Translations under genes and position numbers: made by a program
NCBI GenBank assembly: GCA_017477185.1
Contig: JAFUXF010000012.1
Span: forward strand, 2,850 to 66,849
Direction of reading: 5' to 3'
Source: Alphaproteobacteria bacterium
GTDB taxonomy: Bacteria; Pseudomonadota; Alphaproteobacteria; RF32; CAG-239
DNA: 64,000 nucleotides
In this document: positions 43,552 through 51,266 of the stretch, piece by piece
Position numbering within the stretch: the first letter of the stretch is position 1
Layout of the letters: each line of letters starts with the position of its first letter
Notes under the pieces: generated by a model
What the model saw: only the letters and a program-made list of their open reading frames with translations
The model's database searches: none
What the model was told of the DNA's origin: nothing

Positions 43552-44946
43552 CTACCTTGCCGCAACCAAAGAAACAGAGGAAATAGTATCTCCCATTCCA
43601 ACCAAAGTGACTGGTTTTTCAACCAGTATTGTCGGCACCGCAATCACATCAAATCCGGCACATTGGGTTAACCCCGTACTGAGGAAATTTTTGTCCTCAA
43701 TAATCTCACTGATAGTCTTCATCTCTTTCAGTCCGACATCAGAAACTTTTTGCCCCATTGCCCATAACAAATGATTTTCGTGCGTAATATCGCCCGTTCC
43801 GGCCTTTCCGGCAGCAACTGTTGCCGCCAGAATCATCCCATTGCGATTTTGCTCCGGCGTAATCCGAAAACTTTTATTTTGAATTGTCAGATAAAGTCCG
43901 AAAAAGTGCAGTTGAATACGAGGAGTTTTCAAAACTTCTTTTATCCGAAGCAAAGAGCGGAACAAATTTTCAGCATGACAATCTTCAGCGCACATCTTTG
44001 CCAGTTTATCTTCACCGATAACCTCTAAAATATCAATTAATTCACGTTCGTTTATTCCTATAGAATCAACATTCGTTGCCAGCTTTTGAATAATAGCCTT
44101 ACGAACTTCTAAATCTTGAGTAGACGCAATTTCTAAATGAACAATTGCTCCATGCGTATGCCAAGTGTTAATAATTGGCAAAACTTTTTCAACCAATGCA
44201 ACGCCATCATTATTTGCCGTTAAAGCGTGCATACCTGACAAGACAACATAATCTGCCTTTTGCTCTGTAACCGATTCTAAAAAATGTTTATCAATAACTA
44301 AGCGCAAATTCAAAGGATCATAAGTTGCAATAAAGCGGTTTGACTTTGGGCAAATAAATTTCTGCCCGTCAATTTCCAAGCTATCACCTTTATCAAATTC
44401 AATAATCCAGTGAACCATCGGCACATCTTTAACGCGGTTAATTGTATAGGCCGGACGCTCCATCCCTTGTTCATCAAAAGAAACGATATTGTCCCACTTA
44501 ATGAATTGTTCCGCCTGCTCACGAGGCAGAGAGTTTGTATGAGCTACAACTTTTTGCACGCCCAAAATTCCCAAAACATTAGCAACAATACCGCCCTGTC
44601 CGCCCATTTGCAAACGATCATAACCGAGATTCTGCATCATCCAATCATAAACTTCTTTTTCCTCAGAGAGCCACTCTTCTGCTATACCGCCCTTAAAGCT
44701 CTTAAAAATTCCTTTCAGAACATCATTTGGTTCCAGTAATTTAGTTTGCTTAATATTTTGTAAGTCAGCCAACGATAAACCGGCATTTTTTACCAACTCT
44801 GCCAATTTTTTACCGCTGATTTTAAGCACTGCATCAACATTTGTATTAAAAGCAGTCACCGCTGTTTCAACATCACTGACTTTTTCCAAAGTTTCCGGAG
44901 CATTTCCATACAATTCAAGCCATGTTTTCTTTAACTCTTCTGACAT
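43552..44946 (-). CDS. ADP-dependent sugar kinase (ADP-PFK/ADP-GK family)
   Basis: Family hallmarks in order are NTNVDAV, QMGGQGGIVAN, NRFIATYD, VLSGMHAL, VHLEIAS, SIGINERELIDI, LHFFGLYL and VGMGDTISS. Confidence 0.85.
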   Translation of the reverse strand: MSEELKKTWLELYGNAPETLEKVSDVETAVTAFNTNVDAVLKISGKKLAELVKNAGLSLADLQNIKQTKLLEPNDVLKGIFKSFKGGIAEEWLSEEKEVYDWMMQNLGYDRLQMGGQGGIVANVLGILGVQKVVAHTNSLPREQAEQFIKWDNIVSFDEQGMERPAYTINRVKDVPMVHWIIEFDKGDSLEIDGQKFICPKSNRFIATYDPLNLRLVIDKHFLESVTEQKADYVVLSGMHALTANNDGVALVEKVLPIINTWHTHGAIVHLEIASTQDLEVRKAIIQKLATNVDSIGINERELIDILEVIGEDKLAKMCAEDCHAENLFRSLLRIKEVLKTPRIQLHFFGLYLTIQNKSFRITPEQNRNGMILAATVAAGKAGTGDITHENHLLWAMGQKVSDVGLKEMKTISEIIEDKNFLSTGLTQCAGFDVIAVPTILVEKPVTLVGMGDTISSVSLVAAR

Positions 44947-44948
44947 AT

Positions 44949-45935
44949 CTAATCCTTGTTTTTCAAATTATTAACTTTCATTTCAGCAAGACTATAAGCG
45001 GCAATATTTCTGACAGCCTTTTCAAAAGAAATATGATTTTTAGCGCTTGCCAACCAATTTTGCAAATCTTGATTCTGCTTTATATCATCACTCTCTGAAG
45101 ATTCTATTAACTTGACGGCCTTTTTTATTTGGCCATCATTAACCAATTCTGCCAACTTTTTCCAATTGCGATTTATTTCAGCCTGAGGCTTTTCTTCTCC
45201 TGATTTGCGAATTTTGATATATTCGCTAACCTTCTGATTCAAACGCTCTTTCCAATTTTCACCTTGATTCTGCTCACTTTGTACAGCTTGAAGATAATAT
45301 TGGTTAACCTGTTCTGCCAACTCTTTCTGCGAGACAACTCCTTGCGCCGCAAAATTAACAATCGTCTCAACATCCTTTTTTATAGATGCTGTTGCCGGTG
45401 TTAACTGATTTAAAATTTCAGCCTCATAAATAAATTCTCCACCTTCTGCCGCCGCTTGCTTAACCAACATTGCCGCACTCAATATCAATGCGCCGTCATC
45501 ACTGATTTTAATCATTTTATCCAAACGGTTTTCCACTTTATCCAGTCTGGTTAACATTCCCAAAACTATTCCGGCATCAGCTTTTGAATCAATAACATTA
45601 AGCGTTTGTTTTTCTAAAGATTCAACTTTATTTTCAAAGGCAGATACATCAGGCTCAGGCAAATTAAGAATTTGAGCTTGCAACGTTGCAACCTGATTTT
45701 GGAGCTGATTGATTTGTAAAGCAATCGCATTCTCTGCTTCTGTTTTTACCTCTGCTCTTTTTGCAAAAATTTGCGGATTCTGATATACCCAATACGCCCC
45801 TCCGCCTAAAACAGCAAGCCAAAATAAACACAACACCGTTTGCCTTATTTTTACCGACAATGGTACCATACTGTCATTTTGGACATCACTATCTTCTTTT
45901 TGCTTTTTTTCCTCGAGCTGTACTTTCTTTGCCAT
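44949..45935 (-). CDS. Mic60/mitofilin-like inner-membrane coiled-coil protein (alphaproteobacterial type), tentative
   Basis: N-terminal TM segment VLCLFWLAVLGGGAYWVY, then a long coiled coil. The C-terminal LAELVNDGQIKKAVKLIE...NWLASAKNH matches the mitofilin-domain pattern. The gene is divergent from tsaD. Confidence 0.5.
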   Translation of the reverse strand: MAKKVQLEEKKQKEDSDVQNDSMVPLSVKIRQTVLCLFWLAVLGGGAYWVYQNPQIFAKRAEVKTEAENAIALQINQLQNQVATLQAQILNLPEPDVSAFENKVESLEKQTLNVIDSKADAGIVLGMLTRLDKVENRLDKMIKISDDGALILSAAMLVKQAAAEGGEFIYEAEILNQLTPATASIKKDVETIVNFAAQGVVSQKELAEQVNQYYLQAVQSEQNQGENWKERLNQKVSEYIKIRKSGEEKPQAEINRNWKKLAELVNDGQIKKAVKLIESSESDDIKQNQDLQNWLASAKNHISFEKAVRNIAAYSLAEMKVNNLKNKD

Positions 45936-46011
45936 AATCGAATTTCCTTTACATTAACAAATTGTGCGATATATATAATATACATAAGAAAAACAAAATT
46001 GAAAGAAACAA

Positions 46012-47088
46012 ATGATAGTTTTAGGCATCGAAAGCAGTTGCGATGAAACCGCCGCCGCAATTGTTAATGATAAAAAAGAGATTTTAGGGCAAAGCCTTCT
46101 CTCACAAGAAGAACATAAGGTTTTTGGTGGGGTTGTCCCCGAAATTGCAGCACGTTCACACCTTGATCATATTGATGAAATTATAGAACATTGTATTAAA
46201 AAATCAGGTATTTCTCTGAAGGATATTGATACCATCGCCGCCTCTTCCGGTCCTGGGTTAATCGGAGGAGTTGTCGTTGGGGTTATGGCAGCAAAAGCAT
46301 TAGCTCTCGCTCTCAATAAACCTTTTGTTGCTGTTAATCACTTAGAAGGACACGCTCTCTGTGCACGCCTGACAAGCAATGTTGAATATCCTTATTTACT
46401 CTTACTGGTTTCCGGCGGGCACTGCCAAATTCTGATTGTCAAGGATGTCGGCGACTTTGAGCGCCTCGGCACAACCATCGACGACGCCGCCGGTGAAGCC
46501 TTTGATAAAGTTGCCAAAATGCTCAATCTCGGCTACCCCGGAGGCCCGATGATTGAAAAAATGGCTTCCGTCGGTAACGAAAACAGATTTGTTCTTCCTC
46601 GCCCATTACATAATTCCGGAGATTGCAATTTGTCTTTCTCCGGATTAAAAACCGCTGTTCGCAAAATCATTGAATCTTATGCTCAAGACGGTAATATTGC
46701 CCACACCATTATCAACAAACAAGACACCGCCGATATTTGTGCCTCGTTTCAGTATGCCGCCACGCGCAGTTTATGCGAAAAACTGGAATTAGCCATTAAA
46801 ATTTTCAAGCAAAAATATCCTCAAGGCAAAGATTTAGTCGTTTCCGGTGGTGTCGCCGCCAATACTTATTTACGCTCGCACCTTAAAGAATTGGCAGAGC
46901 AAAACGGATTAATATTTTCCGCTCCACCTATTCAATATTGTACAGATAATGGTGTTATGATTGCCTGGGCCGGCTTAGAACGTTTTGCCAAAGGCTATAC
47001 CAATGAACTGGACTTCAAACCGCGCCCGCGTTGGCCGTTGGATGAAAATGCCCCCAAAGCCGCCGGTGCCGGAGGAGTTAAGGCATAA
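46012..47088 (+). CDS. tsaD: tRNA N6-adenosine threonylcarbamoyltransferase
   Basis: MIVLGIESSCDETAAAIV, HLEGHAL and SGGVAAN. Confidence 0.95.
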   Translation: MIVLGIESSCDETAAAIVNDKKEILGQSLLSQEEHKVFGGVVPEIAARSHLDHIDEIIEHCIKKSGISLKDIDTIAASSGPGLIGGVVVGVMAAKALALALNKPFVAVNHLEGHALCARLTSNVEYPYLLLLVSGGHCQILIVKDVGDFERLGTTIDDAAGEAFDKVAKMLNLGYPGGPMIEKMASVGNENRFVLPRPLHNSGDCNLSFSGLKTAVRKIIESYAQDGNIAHTIINKQDTADICASFQYAATRSLCEKLELAIKIFKQKYPQGKDLVVSGGVAANTYLRSHLKELAEQNGLIFSAPPIQYCTDNGVMIAWAGLERFAKGYTNELDFKPRPRWPLDENAPKAAGAGGVKA

Positions 47089-47724
47089 ATGAGAAGCAAA
47101 AAAGAAGCCCTCGAAATTATGAAAATTTTCCGGCAACGAGACCCTAACCCTCGTTGTGAACTGGATTATGTTAATGCCTACACCCTGCTTGTGGCTGTTG
47201 TTCTTTCGGCACAAAGCACCGACAAAGGGGTAAACAAAGCAACTGAAACACTGTTCAAAATTGTCGATACACCGCAAAAAATGATAGATTTGGGTCTGGA
47301 AAAATTGAAAGAGCATATCAAAACCATTGGCTTATATAACAATAAAGCTAAAAATATTATTGCTCTAAGCAACGAACTGGTCGCAAAGTATAATGGCATT
47401 GTTCCCGATAATCGCGAGCAATTGGAAAGCCTTGCCGGTGTCGGACGCAAAACAGCAAACGTTGTTTTAAACGTCTGGTTTAATCAACCGACATTAGCTG
47501 TCGATACTCACGTTCTTCGCATTTCTCACCGCCTTGATTTCAGCCACGGGAAAACCCCTCTGGAAGTAGAAAAAGACCTGATAAAGTTATTACCGAAAGA
47601 CGACATCAAAAATACAAATCACTGGTTGGTTTTGTTCGGTCGCTATATTTGTAAAGCCCAAAAACCGGATTGCCTCAATTGCCCGATAAGCGATTATTGC
47701 CATAGTCAAGATAAGAGATTATAA
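47089..47724 (+). CDS. nth: endonuclease III
   Basis: HhH-GPD segment LAGVGRKTANVVL. The C-terminal 4Fe-4S cluster is C-x6-C-x2-C-x5-C (CKAQKPDCLNCPISDYC). Confidence 0.95.
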   Translation: MRSKKEALEIMKIFRQRDPNPRCELDYVNAYTLLVAVVLSAQSTDKGVNKATETLFKIVDTPQKMIDLGLEKLKEHIKTIGLYNNKAKNIIALSNELVAKYNGIVPDNREQLESLAGVGRKTANVVLNVWFNQPTLAVDTHVLRISHRLDFSHGKTPLEVEKDLIKLLPKDDIKNTNHWLVLFGRYICKAQKPDCLNCPISDYCHSQDKRL

Positions 47725-47725
47725 A

Positions 47726-48040
47726 ATGCAAAATATAAACTTGACCCTTAAACGTGTTATAAAATTCATTTTCCTAGCTTTAACGGTTCCATGGCTGAAT
47801 GTAGCGTTATTCTTTACGCTATATTCTGTTTCTGCAGACAAAGAAATGATAGATTTAATCCAAGAAGAAGGAGAAATATTATTTGAAAACTGCTATATAA
47901 TCTCATTCATTGCTTTTGTTTTAACTTATATTATAGCAATTCATTTTATTAACAAAAAAACTAAAAAGAGACTTCTGCAACTTGTTCTTTATTTTTTAAC
48001 CAATACTATTCTCTTTTTTGCTCTATGTTTTTTCCCATAA
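47726..48040 (+). CDS. small membrane protein (paralog of 48493-48807)
   Basis: 104 aa with three hydrophobic segments. Shares SxDxEM(I/L)(D/E)L and (I/L)AF(V/I)LTYI with its paralog. Confidence 0.6.
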   Translation: MQNINLTLKRVIKFIFLALTVPWLNVALFFTLYSVSADKEMIDLIQEEGEILFENCYIISFIAFVLTYIIAIHFINKKTKKRLLQLVLYFLTNTILFFALCFFP

Positions 48041-48138
48041 ATAACAAAATGTGAATAAAATAATAAAATATATTGCATTTTGTTATATTAATGCTTATAA
48101 TGTTTATATAATTAATCTTATATTGTAAGGAAAAACTT

Positions 48139-48488
48139 ATGGGAAAATTATCACTTGCATTAAAATTCGCTAAATTTGCAGGCAAACAATATCTAAAAAA
48201 TACAGCATTAAAAAACTAAACTCCAAAGGTATCCATTCTCTCAATTCCAGAGAACTCTGTGCCGAAAGAACATATTTTAATAAGAAATCACCTGCATACA
48301 AAAACAAGCAAATATTAAAAGAATGTTATGATAAAAAAATCCCTTTAGATAAACAACCACAAAAATGGGACGCCGATGATTTATTCAACGCTATAGAATC
48401 TCCTCTATACAAGTATGATAAAAAATTGCAAGATATGAGCAAAGAATATATCAGACACAGATCAAATACAAGATACAATAAAAGGTAA
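48139..48488 (+). pseudogene. possible frameshifted small basic protein gene
   Basis: An ATG-initiated 26-codon ORF stops at 48217-19. An overlapping frame is open from 48174 to 48488 with no start codon. The two frames meet at A6 runs (48195-200 and 48210-215). Confidence 0.35.
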
Positions 48489-48492
48489 TAAA

Positions 48493-48807
48493 ATGTCCAC
48501 ATTTACAAAAAAGATACAGAAAATAATTACTTTTTTTCTACTTCTCATTATCACAAATTGGTTAACGGTTAAATTAATGTTTGCTTTCTTAAAGCATTAT
48601 AGTGATGACGAAATGTTAGAATTACTCTATAACAATAAAGACACTCTTTTTGGGAGTATTTCATTTTGTTCCTTACTGGCTTTTATACTAACTTATATTC
48701 TCGTAAAGTTTCTTAATAAATACAAACCACAAAAACATATATCTAATCTGATATTATATTTTTTACTTTATCTAGTTCTTTTTATCGGAGTAACTTGCCT
48801 GTTATAG
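48493..48807 (+). CDS. small membrane protein (paralog of 47726-48040)
   Basis: 104 aa with the same topology and length as its paralog. Confidence 0.6.
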   Translation: MSTFTKKIQKIITFFLLLIITNWLTVKLMFAFLKHYSDDEMLELLYNNKDTLFGSISFCSLLAFILTYILVKFLNKYKPQKHISNLILYFLLYLVLFIGVTCLL

Positions 48808-48924
48808 CCTCATAATCCTCCTTTCTTTCCAAACAAAACAGTAACTGTTTGCCTCGCTGTCTCTTTTTTGGTTCAGTTAATTTTAAGCATTATTTGCTTC
48901 AAATCAACAAACGAGCTCCTAACA

Positions 48925-49047
48925 ATGCCTTTTTTCTTTTTTATTGTAGCATTAGTTGGAGCTTATCTTCTCGCTTTCTGGGTGTTTGTTTCTCAAATAT
49001 GCGATTATGAATTACCCGAAGACAGTAAAACTAAAAAAATCCGTTGA
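48925..49047 (+). CDS. small hydrophobic peptide (40 aa)
   Basis: MPFFFFIVALVGAYLLAFWVF.... It ends inside a strong terminator. The frame is continuous with the upstream gene across a single TAG. Confidence 0.35.
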   Translation: MPFFFFIVALVGAYLLAFWVFVSQICDYELPEDSKTKKIR

Positions 49048-49072
49048 GATAATAATCTCAACGGATTTTTTA
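49033..49072 (+). terminator. intrinsic terminator
   Basis: ATCCGTTGAGA-taataa-TCTCAACGGAT followed by TTTTT. Confidence 0.75.
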
Positions 49073-49113
49073 TTATCGCACAGACAACACCTTAATCGAC
49101 CACAAATTTTTAT

Positions 49114-49262
49114 AAAAACTCAGATAATGCGTCGAGTAGCAATTTTTACAAAAGAAAAAGCGATAGATGTTGTTTATAGTAAGAAATAAGGAATTTTGCG
49201 AACGGAGTGTACATAGAGGTACATGAGCATTTTTTCAGCTTGCAAACGACGCCCTGATCGAC
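49114..49262. repeat. palindromic extragenic repeat unit U1
   Basis: Left arm AAAAACTCAGATAATGCGTCGAGTAG, a central hairpin, and right arm AAACGACGCCCTGATCGAC. Confidence 0.55.
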
Positions 49263-49276
49263 TTTTCTCTATTCTT

Positions 49277-49384
49277 AAAAACTCAGGTAATGCGTCGAGT
49301 AGTAGGAGTTAAGGGCAGAAGTACCGCAGCGTACAAATTAGTACGTGAGGACACTTCTGACCCGTAAACGACGCCCTAATCGAC
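49277..49384. repeat. palindromic extragenic repeat unit U2 (overlaps the aroK stop codon)
   Basis: Left arm AAAAACTCAGGTAATGCGTCGAGTAG. Hairpin CAGAAGT...GCGTACAAATTAGTACGTGA...ACTTCTG. Right arm AAACGACGCCCTAATCGAC. Confidence 0.55.
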
Positions 49385-49912
49385 CATTAGATGAGTTTTT
49401 AACGCAGCGATAACGCGAGCAACCGTATTCTCCACCTGTTCTTCTTTTGTCTCAACCACAATATCCGCCTCTGAGTAATAAGGATATTCTTCTTTAATGT
49501 AGGATTCTAGTTTGCTTTTGAGATGATCTTCCGCACCTTCTAAAAAAGGACGATGTTTCCGCCCCGCTGTTCGGCTATAAAGAATATCAACATCTGCTTT
49601 TAGCCAAACAGTAATAGCGTGCTCTTTTGCTAATTTGCGCGTTTGCTCCGCAACAAAAGACCCCCCACCGGAGGCAAGAACACAAGGTTCTCCCTGTAAA
49701 AGACGCTTCATCACGCGAGCTTCACCGGCACGATATTCTTTTTCTCCAAAACACTTAAGAACATCAATTAAAGACAAACCGGCAGCCTTTTCGATTTCTT
49801 GATCCCCATCAACAAATGGTAAATTCAGCTTTTTTGCCAGGCGTTTTCCAACACTGGTTTTACCGCTTCCCATCAGACCAACCAAAAGAATTATTTTATT
49901 TTTTATCATCAT
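49376..49912 (-). CDS. aroK: shikimate kinase
   Basis: Walker A GLMGSGKTSVGKRLA and the DGDQEIE motif. 178 aa. Confidence 0.92.
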   Translation of the reverse strand: MMIKNKIILLVGLMGSGKTSVGKRLAKKLNLPFVDGDQEIEKAAGLSLIDVLKCFGEKEYRAGEARVMKRLLQGEPCVLASGGGSFVAEQTRKLAKEHAITVWLKADVDILYSRTAGRKHRPFLEGAEDHLKSKLESYIKEEYPYYSEADIVVETKEEQVENTVARVIAALKTHLMVD

Positions 49913-50002
49913 TTTAAAAATTTTATATTGCTTTCCTAAATATTATGATAAATATATATAAAGAGTTTAATATTTGGCAAATATTTTTTTAGGTTATGCA
50001 TC

Positions 50003-50146
50003 ATGAGACAAAAAAAATCAAAATTTATCTATTACATTGCCGGAGCTGCTGTATTATTGGGGCTGATTTTTGCATCTATGCTTGAATTTCCGGTTAAATC
50101 CGAACATGTTGAAGAAGTCATCCCAAACGATTTTCTTTCTAAATAA
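50003..50146 (+). CDS. small membrane protein (47 aa)
   Basis: MRQKKSKFIYYIAGAAVLLGLIFASML.... Its stop lies 2 nt before the xerD start. It is below the ORF-track cutoff. Confidence 0.35.
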   Translation: MRQKKSKFIYYIAGAAVLLGLIFASMLEFPVKSEHVEEVIPNDFLSK

Positions 50147-50148
50147 GT

Positions 50149-51048
50149 ATGAAACAGGCTATTTCTGATTTTTACAACATGATTATTGCCGAAAAAGGCG
50201 CGTCAGTCAAAACGGCAGACGCTTATATTCATGATGTGGAGGATTTTTCACAAACATTCAATATTTCTGATTATCACCAAATAACACCAACCAATATAAC
50301 TGATTTTATGAGCTATCTTTCTCAGCGGGGATTTGCCCCTAAAACCCAAGCGCGAAAACTGTCCGCCATTCGTGAGTTTTGTAAATTTCTATTTTCTGAA
50401 AATCTTATTGAGCAAAATCCCGCCGCCGACATAGACAGCCCCAAATTAGAAAAACCTTTACCAAAATTTCTGAATGAGACAGAAATGGATGCCCTTATTG
50501 ATGCCGCCAAAACGGCTCAAGACATCCGCCACCGCCGAATTGCAGTCATGCTGATTTTGATGTATCATTGCGGCTTACGCGTTTCAGAATTAGTCTCTCT
50601 GCCGATTAATGCCATTAACCCGATAAAAAAACAGATTCTCGTTTTCGGTAAAGGCGCAAAAGAAAGGTTAATTCCCGTTTCTGACGCCGCTCTGGAAGAA
50701 ATTGAAGATTATTTAAGTTATCGCCACTGTTTTTACAAAGAAAAAGAAAACAAATGGCTGTTTCCTTCTCTTACGGCTAAAGAAGGTCATCTGACGCGCG
50801 ATTCTTTTTATAAACAACTCAAAGAACTGGCTGTTCGCGCCGGCATTTCGCCGTCTCGTATCACACCCCACGTTCTAAGGCACTCTTTTGCAACCCAACT
50901 GTTAAGACACCATGCCGATCTGCGCTCTGTCCAAAAAATGCTTGGTCACGAAAGTATTGGAACAACCCAAATTTATACGCATATTATTTCTGAAGAACTG
51001 ATTGAAACAGTCCAAAAACTTCATCCGCTCAGCCATTATAAAAAATGA
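50149..51048 (+). CDS. xerD: site-specific tyrosine recombinase XerD
   Basis: N-terminal SAM-like domain. Catalytic GLRVSEL, HVLRHSFATQLL and GHESIGTTQIYTH. The XerC versus XerD call is based on the N-terminal pattern and the aroK neighbourhood. Confidence 0.8.
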   Translation: MKQAISDFYNMIIAEKGASVKTADAYIHDVEDFSQTFNISDYHQITPTNITDFMSYLSQRGFAPKTQARKLSAIREFCKFLFSENLIEQNPAADIDSPKLEKPLPKFLNETEMDALIDAAKTAQDIRHRRIAVMLILMYHCGLRVSELVSLPINAINPIKKQILVFGKGAKERLIPVSDAALEEIEDYLSYRHCFYKEKENKWLFPSLTAKEGHLTRDSFYKQLKELAVRAGISPSRITPHVLRHSFATQLLRHHADLRSVQKMLGHESIGTTQIYTHIISEELIETVQKLHPLSHYKK

Positions 51049-51108
51049 CTTGCATTTCATAAATTTTCTTTTATAGTGTTTTTTGCAGGCAGAGATGCCT
51101 GCAGGGGT

Positions 51109-51236
51109 CTAGAAAACTCCTCAGAGAAAAAAGAACAACTCCTTCAAATGAGGGAGATGGTAGAATATGTTGAATATACCATACTGTTCTCTGACAGTTT
51201 TCTAGCTCCCTCGCCTTTATTTAAGGCGAGTTTTTT
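51109..51236 (+). other. long imperfect hairpin element plus intrinsic terminator downstream of xerD
   Basis: CTAGAAAACT..TCAGAGAA (51109-28) pairs with TTCTCTGA.AGTTTTCTAG (51187-205). Terminator CTCGCCT-ttatttaa-AGGCGAG with T6 (51210-36). Confidence 0.4.
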
Positions 51237-51266
51237 GTTATAGCCTCTCTGAATTTTTACGGCTCC

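Noticed and set aside
45840-46060. ORFs 45840-46046 (+) and 45851-46060 (-) in the Mic60-like / tsaD divergent region
   Set aside because: They overlap the 5' ends and the promoter region of two well-supported genes. They are low-complexity and have no RBS.
48956-49189. 77-aa ORF downstream of the paralogous membrane protein genes
   Set aside because: It reads straight through a strong intrinsic terminator (49033-49072) and into the palindromic repeat unit. The 40-aa ORF ending at the terminator is the more plausible feature.
49114-49384. Possible CRISPR array (two similar units ~160 bp apart)
   Set aside because: There are only two units, each over 100 nt with internal palindromes and terminal inverted arms. 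A related copy lies 6 kb away. There are no short regular repeat-spacer units and no cas genes.
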